Shown here: one piece after another, positions 21,272-29,396 of the stretch
Position numbering within the stretch: the stretch's first letter is position 1
Layout: each line of letters begins with the position of its first letter
Assembly: GCA_016200665.1 (NCBI GenBank)
Contig: JACQEG010000019.1
Location: forward strand, 6,126-70,125
Length of the DNA: 64,000 nucleotides
Source of the DNA: Chloroflexota bacterium
Lineage (GTDB): Bacteria; Chloroflexota; Limnocylindria; Limnocylindrales; CSP1-4
Direction: 5' to 3'
Notes under the pieces: model-generated
Databases searched by the model: none
What the model saw: the letters and a program-made list of their open reading frames with translations, nothing else
What the model was told of the DNA's origin: nothing
Program-made: the position numbers and the translations under genes

Positions 21272-22296
21272 CAGTCGAGTCCCCCGCGGGTGAGCGTCGC
21301 CACGAGGACCGCCTTGATCGTGTGCATCCGGTTCTCGGCCTCATCGAACACGATCGACGCCGCCGACTCGAAGACCTCGTCGGTGACCTCCATCGAGGTC
21401 AGGCCGTGGCGCTCGAACATCTTCGCCCCGACCTCGGTCTGGAGGTCGTGGAACGCCGGCAGGCAGTGGAGGAACTTGACGTCCGGATTGCCCGTCGCGA
21501 GGAGCATCGCCGCGTCGACCTGGTACGGCCGCAGGAGCGCGACTCGCTCGTCCCAGGTGGCCTCGGGCTCGCCCATCGAGACCCACACGTCCGTGTAGAT
21601 GGCGTCCACGCCACGGACGCCGTCCGGGATCGAATCGGTGACCGTGATGCGGGCGCCGCTGCCGGCCGCTATGCCGCGAGCCATCTGGAGGAAGTCCGGC
21701 CGCGGCCAGACCGCCTGCGGCGCGACGATCCGGAGGTCCATGCCCATGGTCGCGCAGCCGAGGAGCAGCTCGTCGCCCATGTTGCCGCGGGCGTCGCCGA
21801 CATAGGCGAGGGCCATCTGGGAGAGCGGCTTCGCGACGTGCTCGCGCAGCGTCAGGAAGTCGGCGAGGACCTGGGTCGGGTGGTCCTCGTCGGTCAGGCC
21901 GTTGTAGACCGGCACGCCGGACCAGGTCGCGAGCGCCTCGACGTCCGCCTGGTGGAAGCCCCGGAACTCGATCGCGTCGTAGACCCGGCCCAGCACGCGG
22001 GCGGTGTCCTTCACGGACTCCTTCTTGCCGATGTGGCTGCCGGTCGGACCGAGATAGGTCACGTGGGCGCCCTGGTCGTACGCGGCGACCTCGAACCCGA
22101 TCCGGGTCCGGGTCGAGTCCTTCTCGAAGATCAGGGCGATCGAGCGGCCGACCAGCCGCCGCAGCTCACGGCGCTCGCGCTTCTCGGCCTTGAGCCGCGC
22201 GGCGAGGTCGAGCAGCGCCTGGATCTCGGTGGCATTGAAGTCGCGCAATGAAAGGAAGGACCGACCGAACAGGTCGGTACCGAGGTGGACAGCCAT
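21271..22296 (-). CDS. arcB: Ornithine carbamoyltransferase (anabolic versus catabolic role not resolvable from sequence)
   Basis: ATG 22296 has GGGAG 8 nt upstream. Motifs seen are STRTR, HPTQ, DVWVSMG and [10 protein letters not shown]. The long upstream extension in the ORF track is rejected. Confidence 0.92.
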   Translation of the reverse strand: MAVHLGTDLFGRSFLSLRDFNATEIQALLDLAARLKAEKRERRELRRLVGRSIALIFEKDSTRTRIGFEVAAYDQGAHVTYLGPTGSHIGKKESVKDTARVLGRVYDAIEFRGFHQADVEALATWSGVPVYNGLTDEDHPTQVLADFLTLREHVAKPLSQMALAYVGDARGNMGDELLLGCATMGMDLRIVAPQAVWPRPDFLQMARGIAAGSGARITVTDSIPDGVRGVDAIYTDVWVSMGEPEATWDERVALLRPYQVDAAMLLATGNPDVKFLHCLPAFHDLQTEVGAKMFERHGLTSMEVTDEVFESAASIVFDEAENRMHTIKAVLVATLTRGGLD

Positions 22297-22445
22297 GGCC
22301 AGACTCCCGGGCGCACAGCAGGCTCGAGGCCCGGACACGCCGTGCCGGCGTCCGGGTCGACGGACGGCGAGCGTGCGACACGCGGTGCGGGCCCGGCAGA
22401 GCCGCCCGGCCCATTGGCGACAGGAGGTCGGACCCGGGTGAGGAC

Positions 22446-22865
22446 TCAGCCGAACGCGTCGGGCGGGAGCTCGCCGATGCCCGCGGCCGCTCGAATGAGC
22501 CGCTCCGCGACCTTCTCGTCGATCTCCTCGACCGAGGTGTACGTCAGCCAGCGCGCCCGCTTCGTGATCCCTTCGCCGTCCATGAGCCGATCCTGATCCG
22601 CGATGAGGACCCCCTGCGGGAAGCCGAGGTGGACATGCTGGCGCTCGGGGAACACCCAGGCGAAGAACGGCGATCGGCGACCCTTCGGCAGGTCGAAGCC
22701 GATGACCCGCCAGCCGACCCGAACCCGCTCCGTCGCCTCCGGAATCGTGCGATGGATGAGCGATCGGAGGTGGTTGGCGATCGCGCGGTGCTTCGGCGAG
22801 TAGCCCTCGAGAAACGCCTCGACGGGCAGGCTGGGAGCTCGGTCCACGGGACGCCGGGAGGGCAT
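22446..22865 (-). CDS. DUF1801 (YdhG-like) domain protein
   Basis: 139 aa with high GC3. The pattern [20 protein letters not shown]...HVHLGFPQG is typical of DUF1801. The assignment is from memory. Confidence 0.7.
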   Translation of the reverse strand: MPSRRPVDRAPSLPVEAFLEGYSPKHRAIANHLRSLIHRTIPEATERVRVGWRVIGFDLPKGRRSPFFAWVFPERQHVHLGFPQGVLIADQDRLMDGEGITKRARWLTYTSVEEIDEKVAERLIRAAAGIGELPPDAFG

Positions 22866-22908
22866 GCGATAGACTAGCCCGGTACACCGAACGGCCGTTC
22901 GGTCCTGT

Positions 22909-23279
22909 GGGGATGCGTGGTCTCGACAGGGTCTGGCTGTCGGCGGACGCGAGCCGAGGTGCCGTCAGGCCTCGCTAAACAGGCGGCAAATCGAAGTACC
23001 TGCCAACAAGCAGTCGACTCTCGCCCTCGCGGCTTAGGCCGTAAGGTGAGCGTGGAAGCAGCCTCCGCCTCGCGGGCTGTGGAAGCGTCATGCAGCGGGG
23101 CTGCGGCCCGGGCAAGGCCACGTAGCCTGGGATCAAGCTCGATCTAGAGACACGTGAATGGATCTCGTCGGAGGGTGCCGATCCTCGCCCCGAGATCGAC
23201 GACAACGATCGGACACGCTCGTAGTGGCTGCCGTCGAAGGGCTCTGGACGGGGAGTTCGACTCTCCCCCATCTCCACCA
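22909..23279 (+). ncRNA. ssrA: tmRNA (SsrA), proposed tag ANKQSTLALAA
   Basis: The 5' GGGGATG pairs with the 3' CATCTCC-ACCA, including the G3:U wobble. The T-arm is GGACGGGGAGTTCGACTCTCCCCC. The tag reading frame is GCC AAC AAG CAG TCG ACT CTC GCC CTC GCG GCT TAG at 23002-23037. Confidence 0.92.
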
Positions 23280-23425
23280 CACCTCCTCGGCGTGGCGCGC
23301 CCCAACGGGGGCCGGGCTGGTACGGCGGCGAACGTCATGCGGCATGCGGCTGGCGAACTGTCACGCTCGCGATCTCCCGAGGTGGCCTTCCTTACGGGGT
23401 TCTGACGCCGATCCGTCATGATCCA

Positions 23426-24349
23426 ATGGTGCGAGCAGCGGGGATCCGCGGCCTCCGAGGCCCGGTTGAGGAACTTGACCTCCCAGACCCCCGCGGACCC
23501 GGTGATGAGGAGGTCGTCATCGAGGTGCGCGCCGCCGGGATTGGCAACTGGGACGAGCTCGTCCGGATCGGCGGATGGGACGTCGGCATCCGGCCTCCGA
23601 TGGCCCTGGGCGTGGAGGCCGCGGGCACGGTGCGGGATGTCGGGTCGAGGGTGACCCGCTTCGCACCGGGGGATGCAGTCCTCGTGCACGCGGCGCCCCT
23701 TCGCGACCAGGGAGCATGGGCGGAGCTGTTCCTCGCAAACGCCGCCGACGTAGCGGCGAAGCCTGCCGATCTCGAGTGGCGTGTCGCGGGTGCGCTGCCG
23801 GTGCCGCTGCTCACAGCAATCCAGGTCGTCGCCGGGTTTCGCGGCGGACGCGACGAGACCGTGCTCGTCCATGGCGCCGCCGGCGTGACGGGCGGGCTCA
23901 TCGTGGCCATGGCGTCCGCCACTGGAGCGCGAGTCGTGGCCACCTGTTCGCCGCGGGCGGCTCGTCGGGTGCGCGGCTATGGGGCGAGCGAGACGTTCGA
24001 CTATCGCAATCCTGCCTGGCGCGATCAGGCGCGCCTTCGCGCACCTGGCGGGTTCGGCTCGGTCGCCAACGCAGCGCGCGGCGAGGCCGCGGGTCTCATC
24101 GCCCTGGTGGCCGACGGGGGCAGGCTGGCAACCATCACCGGGGACCCGCCGCGGAGTGAGCGCGGCGTTGCCGTGACCGATGTCTACGTCGCCCCGGACG
24201 GCGTCGACCTTGAGGCAGCTGCGGCCGACCTGGTGGCGCGCGGCCTGAGCATCGCCGTCGCGGGAACGTGCGGTCTGGGAGGGGCTGCAGCCGCGCTCGA
24301 GCGTGTTGCCCGTGGCGGCGGCGCGTACGTGGTCCTGCCGACTGGCTAG
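23426..24349 (+). CDS. Medium-chain dehydrogenase/reductase, quinone-oxidoreductase-like
   Basis: 307 aa. The GroES-like N-terminus (VVIEVRAAGIGNWD), the nucleotide motif VLVHGAAGVTGG and the overall MDR layout are present. Confidence 0.85.
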   Translation: MVRAAGIRGLRGPVEELDLPDPRGPGDEEVVIEVRAAGIGNWDELVRIGGWDVGIRPPMALGVEAAGTVRDVGSRVTRFAPGDAVLVHAAPLRDQGAWAELFLANAADVAAKPADLEWRVAGALPVPLLTAIQVVAGFRGGRDETVLVHGAAGVTGGLIVAMASATGARVVATCSPRAARRVRGYGASETFDYRNPAWRDQARLRAPGGFGSVANAARGEAAGLIALVADGGRLATITGDPPRSERGVAVTDVYVAPDGVDLEAAAADLVARGLSIAVAGTCGLGGAAAALERVARGGGAYVVLPTG

Positions 24350-24367
24350 GCGGCCGAGCAGGGCCGG

Positions 24368-24604
24368 CTAGGCGCCGTTGCCCTTGGTCCTGGCAGGCGC
24401 CTCAGGCTCCTCGACGATGGCGCGCCGGCGAGTGCGGGTCATCTGACGAACGGGGAGCGGTCCCTCGATCGAGATGGGGCGGGACCAGCTCGGCGTTCGA
24501 ACGCCCGGCAGCGTGCTGAACTGACCGCGCGTTCGAATGACCGGCATCGCCAGGCCGCCCACGTAGACGTCCTCGGACGGGATGTGGGGCTGTTCACGGG
24601 TCAT
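24368..24604 (-). CDS. Hypothetical 78-aa protein
   Basis: ATG 24604 has GGAGG 9 nt upstream and GC3 is high. The translation begins MTREQPHIPSEDVYVGGLAMPV. The longer ORF-track version (to 24781) is rejected. No family recognised. Confidence 0.45.
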   Translation of the reverse strand: MTREQPHIPSEDVYVGGLAMPVIRTRGQFSTLPGVRTPSWSRPISIEGPLPVRQMTRTRRRAIVEEPEAPARTKGNGA

Positions 24605-24737
24605 GACATGCGCCTCCGGCCACAGATCCTTCCGCGGGCCTCGTGCGACGGGAAGTCCGATCCGGCCCGTGACGAGCGCATCGAATGGACCCATCTGCCT
24701 GGGCAGGGCCGGTCCGCACCGAACTTTGCACGGACTC

Positions 24738-24769
24738 TTGACAAAGCATCGTAGGATGGGCTTTGTCAA
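24738..24769. promoter_or_regulatory. Perfect 10-bp inverted repeat TTGACAAAGC-N12-GCTTTGTCAA (candidate operator/promoter of the ROK regulator operon)
   Basis: Read directly at 24738-47 and 24760-69. The repeat ends 32 nt before the regulator ATG. The left arm contains TTGACA. Confidence 0.45.
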
Positions 24770-24801
24770 CTTCCCGTACAAAGTCAGGCCAGCCGACCGG
24801 C

Positions 24802-26091
24802 ATGGAACCGCTGAGCAAGGCGACCCTCCGCGAGACCCGCGAGCACAACGAGCGGCTCGTCCTGGCCACGATCTACGACGGCGCCCCGGACGGAACGCCG
24901 GTGAGCCGCGCCGACGCGGCTCGCCTGACGGGCCTCACCCGCACGACGGTCTCCGCGGTCGTCGACATGCTGCTTGCCGCCGGCCTCGTCCGCGAGATCG
25001 GCCGAGGCCCCTCGACCGGGGGCAAGGCCCCGATCCAGCTCGCGGTGCCGGATGCGTCGCGGGTCCTGATCGGCGTCGACCTGGGCGATCGCGAGTTCAC
25101 CGCCGCCGCGGTCAACCTCCGGGGCGAGATCCTCCATCGCGCCGAGGTCCCGTCGGAGGACGCCGACGGCGCCGAGGCGGTGGAGCTCGCGCTCGGTCTC
25201 ATCGCCCAGATCCTCGGCGCGGTCGATGGCCGGGTCCTCGGGATCGGGATCGGCGCGCCGGGCCTCGTCGACACGACCGACGGCACGGTCGTCCAGTCGG
25301 TCAAGCGCAGCTGGCGGGAGCTGCCGCTCGGCGCCATCGTCGCCGCCCGCTTCGGGCTCCCGGTCTACGTCGCCAACGACAGCCAGGCGGCGGCCCTCGC
25401 CGAGCACGTCTTCGGCGCCGCGCGAGCGCAGAACCTCATCGGGATCAAGGTCGGCGAGGGCATCGGCGCGGGCATCGTCCTCAACGGGGCCCTCTTCCAG
25501 GGCGACGGCTTCGGGGCTGGCGAGATCGGCCACACCGTCGTCGACCCGATGGGCGATCGCTGCCGCTGCGGCCGGACCGGCTGCCTCGAGACCCTCGCCT
25601 CCGTGCCGGCCCTGCTCGGTCGCCTCCAGGCCGAGCTGGGCCGGCCGATCAGCCTTGGCGAGGCGGTCATGGCCGCGGAGCGTGGCGACCCGACGGTCCT
25701 GGCTGCGGTCTCCGAGGCCGGTCGCCATCTCGGCCAGGCGGTGGCCGGGCTCATCGGCGCCCTGCACGTCCGCCGAATCGTCCTGGCGGGCCCGATGGCC
25801 GCGTTCGGCGAGCCGTGGCTCGCGGCGGTCCGCACGGCTGCGCAGGCCGGCGCCCTCGCATCCCTCGCCGGCGACACCACCATCGAGCTCGGCGGCATCG
25901 ATCACATCGTCGTGCTCGGTGCCTCGGCCCTGCTGATGACGCGGGAGCTCGGCTTGAGCCTCCGCCCCATCCATCCCCCACGGCGCGGTTCGTCGCTCGA
26001 GCGTGGCCTCGAGCCGGCGGCCCCGCCGTCACGGGCGCGCACCGGTACCCCGGTGCCGCTGGGCGCCCAGAGAGGAGGCGGAGGGGTCTGA
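24802..26091 (+). CDS. ROK-family transcriptional regulator (NagC/XylR-like)
   Basis: The protein has an N-terminal winged HTH (SRADAARLTGLTRTTVSAVVDMLLAAGLV), an ROK sugar-kinase fold (GIGIGAPGLVD) and the zinc motif GHTVVDPMGDRCRCGRTGCLE. Confidence 0.85.
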   Translation: MEPLSKATLRETREHNERLVLATIYDGAPDGTPVSRADAARLTGLTRTTVSAVVDMLLAAGLVREIGRGPSTGGKAPIQLAVPDASRVLIGVDLGDREFTAAAVNLRGEILHRAEVPSEDADGAEAVELALGLIAQILGAVDGRVLGIGIGAPGLVDTTDGTVVQSVKRSWRELPLGAIVAARFGLPVYVANDSQAAALAEHVFGAARAQNLIGIKVGEGIGAGIVLNGALFQGDGFGAGEIGHTVVDPMGDRCRCGRTGCLETLASVPALLGRLQAELGRPISLGEAVMAAERGDPTVLAAVSEAGRHLGQAVAGLIGALHVRRIVLAGPMAAFGEPWLAAVRTAAQAGALASLAGDTTIELGGIDHIVVLGASALLMTRELGLSLRPIHPPRRGSSLERGLEPAAPPSRARTGTPVPLGAQRGGGGV

Positions 26092-26166
26092 ACGAGTCAT
26101 CCGCGCAACAAGAGCGCTCCGCGCTCGCAGTGGACGTGGCGTCCCGCACCTGAGGAGAGCACCGAG

Positions 26167-27537
26167 TTGATCAGGCACAAGATGATCCCGCTGGTGGCGG
26201 TTGCCATGGTCGCGCTGACCGGCTGCAACGGCGCCAGCACCACCCCGTCGCAGCCCGCCGGCTCGCAACCGGCGACCCAGACGAGCCAGCCGAGCGCCCA
26301 GACGAGCGGCACCCTGACCGTCTGGATGATGAACGGCTCGCTGAACGACAACACCGTCGTCCAGCTCAACACCGACTTCCAGATGTCGCATCCCGGATGG
26401 AAGGTCAACTACCAGGTCCAGCAGTGGAACGGCATCGTCGACAAGCTGACGACCGCGCTGGCCAGCAACACGCCCCCCGACGTCGTCGAGATGGGCAACA
26501 CCCAGGCGATCACCTTCGAGGCCGCCGGGGCCCTCGCCGACCTGACGAGCTCTCGCCAGGCGCTCGGCGGCGGCACGACCAACGACAGCTCGAGCGCCGA
26601 CCAGCTCTTCGTGGCGTCGCTGAACAGCGCCTCGGTCTACCAGGACAAGCTGTACGCGCTGCCGTTCTACGCCGGCGACCGCGTCCTGATCTATCGCAAG
26701 GACCTGTTCACGGCGGCCGGGATCGATCCGGCGTCGATCACGAGCAAGGACAAGCTCATCACCGCGGCGAAGACCCTCAACACGAAGAACGCCTCGGTTG
26801 CTGACTTCTCCGGCTTCTACCAGGCCGGCCAGAACTGGTACTCGCTGCTCCAGATGATCTGGGATCGCGGCGGCTCGCTCGCGACCCAGGGCAGCGACGG
26901 CAAGTGGACCGCCAACCTCGACTCGCCCGAGTCGATGGCCGGCATCCAGGACTACGTCGACTACTACAACAGCGGCTCGACCGGTCCCAAGGACAACGAC
27001 GAGATGAACCCGCCCGAGTACGACCTGTTCCACCAGGGCAAGGTCGGGATGTTCGTCGGTAACGGCTGGGAGATCGGCAGCGCCATCGGCACCGACGGGA
27101 AGCTCACCGCCGACCAGGTCGGCGTCATGGCCATCCCGAGCGCGACCGACGGCAAGACCGTCCCGGTGTTCCTCGGCGGCTCGGTCCTGGGCATCGCGGC
27201 CAAGAGCCCGAACCAGGCAGCGGCCCTCGACTACCTCAAGCAGCTCGCCAGCGACTCCGGCCAGCAGGCGCTCATCGCCAACGGCTGGATCCCGTCCCTG
27301 AAGTCGGCTGCGGCGGCCATCCCGGACAAGCCGGAGACCGCGATCCTGAAGGTCCAGGCGGCCGAGGCGGCTGCCGGAAGCGGCTTCACGCCGAACGACC
27401 CGCGCTGGGCCGGCGTCGAGGCCAACAATCCCATCAAGGCCATGCTCACCAAGATCCTGACGGGCCAGGCCAGCATCGCCGATGCTGCCAAGGCGGCGGA
27501 CGACGCCATCGAAGCCGTCATGAACGCGGCCCAGTAG
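26167..27537 (+). CDS. ABC sugar transporter substrate-binding lipoprotein
   Basis: TTG 26167 has GAGGAG 9 nt upstream; ATG 26182 is an alternative. The lipobox is ALTGC. The family-1 SBP layout is present (GTLTVWMMNG, PDVVEMGNTQ). Confidence 0.9.
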   Translation: MIRHKMIPLVAVAMVALTGCNGASTTPSQPAGSQPATQTSQPSAQTSGTLTVWMMNGSLNDNTVVQLNTDFQMSHPGWKVNYQVQQWNGIVDKLTTALASNTPPDVVEMGNTQAITFEAAGALADLTSSRQALGGGTTNDSSSADQLFVASLNSASVYQDKLYALPFYAGDRVLIYRKDLFTAAGIDPASITSKDKLITAAKTLNTKNASVADFSGFYQAGQNWYSLLQMIWDRGGSLATQGSDGKWTANLDSPESMAGIQDYVDYYNSGSTGPKDNDEMNPPEYDLFHQGKVGMFVGNGWEIGSAIGTDGKLTADQVGVMAIPSATDGKTVPVFLGGSVLGIAAKSPNQAAALDYLKQLASDSGQQALIANGWIPSLKSAAAAIPDKPETAILKVQAAEAAAGSGFTPNDPRWAGVEANNPIKAMLTKILTGQASIADAAKAADDAIEAVMNAAQ

Positions 27538-27585
27538 GAACGAACCTGCTCCTCCACTGACGACGCTCGAGAGGGGGCACCCAGC

Positions 27586-28566
27586 GTGATCGGGTCGACG
27601 ACCAGGGCGAAAGCCCGGCGCGACGCACCCGGCCTCGCGGGGGTCCCCTCTCGACGTCGGTCGCGCCTCTCGCGGCTCGCCGGCCAGAGCCTGCCCTACG
27701 TGGCGCTCCTGCCGGCCCTCGTCACCTTCGTCCTGCTCCTCGGCTACCCGGTGCTGCTCGTCATCGAGATGAGCCTCCAGCACATCGGGCTCAGGGAGCT
27801 CATCAGCGGGGCCACCACGTGGGTGGGCCTCGACAACTTCGCGGCGATCCTCGCCGACAGGCAGTTCGTGGCCGTCACGATCCGAACGTTCGTGTTCATG
27901 GCCGTGAACGTGGCGCTGACCGTCGTCCTCGGTACGCTCGTGGCGCTGCTGCTGGACCGGATCGCCCGGATCCCACGGCTGATCCTGTCGGCCGCGATGG
28001 TCCTCGCCTGGGCGATGCCGGCCCTGACCGGCAGCGTCGTCTTCCAGTGGCTGTTCGACAGCAAGCTCGGGGTCGTGAACTGGGCCCTGAGCAGCGTCGG
28101 GATCTTCGGCTCGTGGCTGAACCACTCGTGGTTCGACACGGGCCTCTCGACCTTCGGGATCATCACCCTGCTCATCGTGTGGCAGGCGATCCCGTTCGTC
28201 GCGTTCAGCCTCTATGGCGGGATCCTGGCGATCCCCCACGAGCTCACCGAGGCCGCGAAGGTCGACGGCGCGAGCGACCGCCAGGTCTTCCGGCACGTGA
28301 TCCTGCCCGGGCTGCGGCCGCTGCTCATGATGCTGGCGTTCCTGTCGATCATCTGGGACTTCAAGGTCTTCACGCAGGTGTTCACGATCCGGCAGGGCGG
28401 GCCGGACGGCCAGACGATCACGCTCTCGATCTTTGCCTACATCACCGGCCTGAGCCAGAGCCGGTTCGGGATCGCGGCGGCCGTGTCGGTCGTCATGGTC
28501 GTGCTCCTGCTGCTCGTCCTCATCCCGTACATCCGGCGGATGCTGCGGACCCAGGAGGACGTGTGA
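27586..28566 (+). CDS. ABC sugar transporter permease (MalF/UgpA-like)
   Basis: GTG 27586. The protein has six TM segments and the EAA-type loop ELTEAAKVDGASDRQVFRHVILPGLRP. Confidence 0.9.
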   Translation: MIGSTTRAKARRDAPGLAGVPSRRRSRLSRLAGQSLPYVALLPALVTFVLLLGYPVLLVIEMSLQHIGLRELISGATTWVGLDNFAAILADRQFVAVTIRTFVFMAVNVALTVVLGTLVALLLDRIARIPRLILSAAMVLAWAMPALTGSVVFQWLFDSKLGVVNWALSSVGIFGSWLNHSWFDTGLSTFGIITLLIVWQAIPFVAFSLYGGILAIPHELTEAAKVDGASDRQVFRHVILPGLRPLLMMLAFLSIIWDFKVFTQVFTIRQGGPDGQTITLSIFAYITGLSQSRFGIAAAVSVVMVVLLLLVLIPYIRRMLRTQEDV

Positions 28567-29396
28567 TGCCGGGCACGACACGGGCCCGGCGCTGGCTCCT
28601 CAACGGGGTCGCGCTGCTCGCGGCGCTGGTCTTCGCCTTCCCCGTCTACTGGATGTTCGTCACCGCGTTCAAGCCGGCCGACCAGATCCAGACCTACGTC
28701 CCGGTCTTCCTGCCGAGCCCGACGCTCGACAACTTCATCAAGGCGATCAACGTCCCGCATTTCACCGACTTCCTGCGCAACAGCCTGCTCATCGCCGGCA
28801 CGACGCTCGGGCTGGCGCTCGTCGTCGGGTTCCTGACGGCGGTGACCCTCGCCCGCGCCAAGGTCCGCGGCCGGAAGGGCTTCCTGCTCCTCGTCGCGAT
28901 CGCCCAGATGGCGCCGTTCGAAGCGCTCCTGATCCCGTTCTTCCTGGTCATGCGCGACACCGGGCTCTACAACCAGATGCCGTCGCTCGTGATCGTGTAC
29001 TTCATCTTCACGCTGCCGTTCACGATCTGGTCGCTGCGCGGCTTCATCGCCGGGATCCCGGTCGACCTCGAGGAATCGGCGATGGTCGACGGCTGCTCGC
29101 GGCTCGGGGCGTTCGTGCGGGTGACGCTGCCGCTCCTGGGGCCGGGCCTCGTCGCGACGGCGATCTTCTGCTTCATCACCGCCTGGAACGAGTACTTCTA
29201 CGCGTTCGTGTTCATGACCGACGTCCAGAACTACACGCTGCCCGTCTGGCTGGCCTCGTTCCGGACGAACTTCGGGACGGACTGGGGCGCCACGATGGCC
29301 GCGTCCACGCTCTTCACGCTGCCGGTGCTGGTGTTCTTCCTCGCGGTCCAGGGCCGGATGGTCGGCGGCCTGACGACCGGCGCGGTGAAGGGATGA
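28566..29396 (+). CDS. ABC sugar transporter permease (MalG/UgpE-like)
   Basis: The ATG forms an ATGA-type overlap with the upstream stop. The EAA-type loop is DLEESAMVDGCSRLGAFVRVTLPLLGP. Confidence 0.9.
   Translation: MPGTTRARRWLLNGVALLAALVFAFPVYWMFVTAFKPADQIQTYVPVFLPSPTLDNFIKAINVPHFTDFLRNSLLIAGTTLGLALVVGFLTAVTLARAKVRGRKGFLLLVAIAQMAPFEALLIPFFLVMRDTGLYNQMPSLVIVYFIFTLPFTIWSLRGFIAGIPVDLEESAMVDGCSRLGAFVRVTLPLLGPGLVATAIFCFITAWNEYFYAFVFMTDVQNYTLPVWLASFRTNFGTDWGATMAASTLFTLPVLVFFLAVQGRMVGGLTTGAVKG

Noticed and set aside
23280-24800. A possible genomic island integrated at the tmRNA 3' end.
   Set aside because: I saw no integrase and no direct repeat of the ssrA 3' end downstream by eye. The neighbouring genes (an MDR oxidoreductase and a small hypothetical) are not mobile-element-like. 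A computational repeat search would be needed to exclude this fully.
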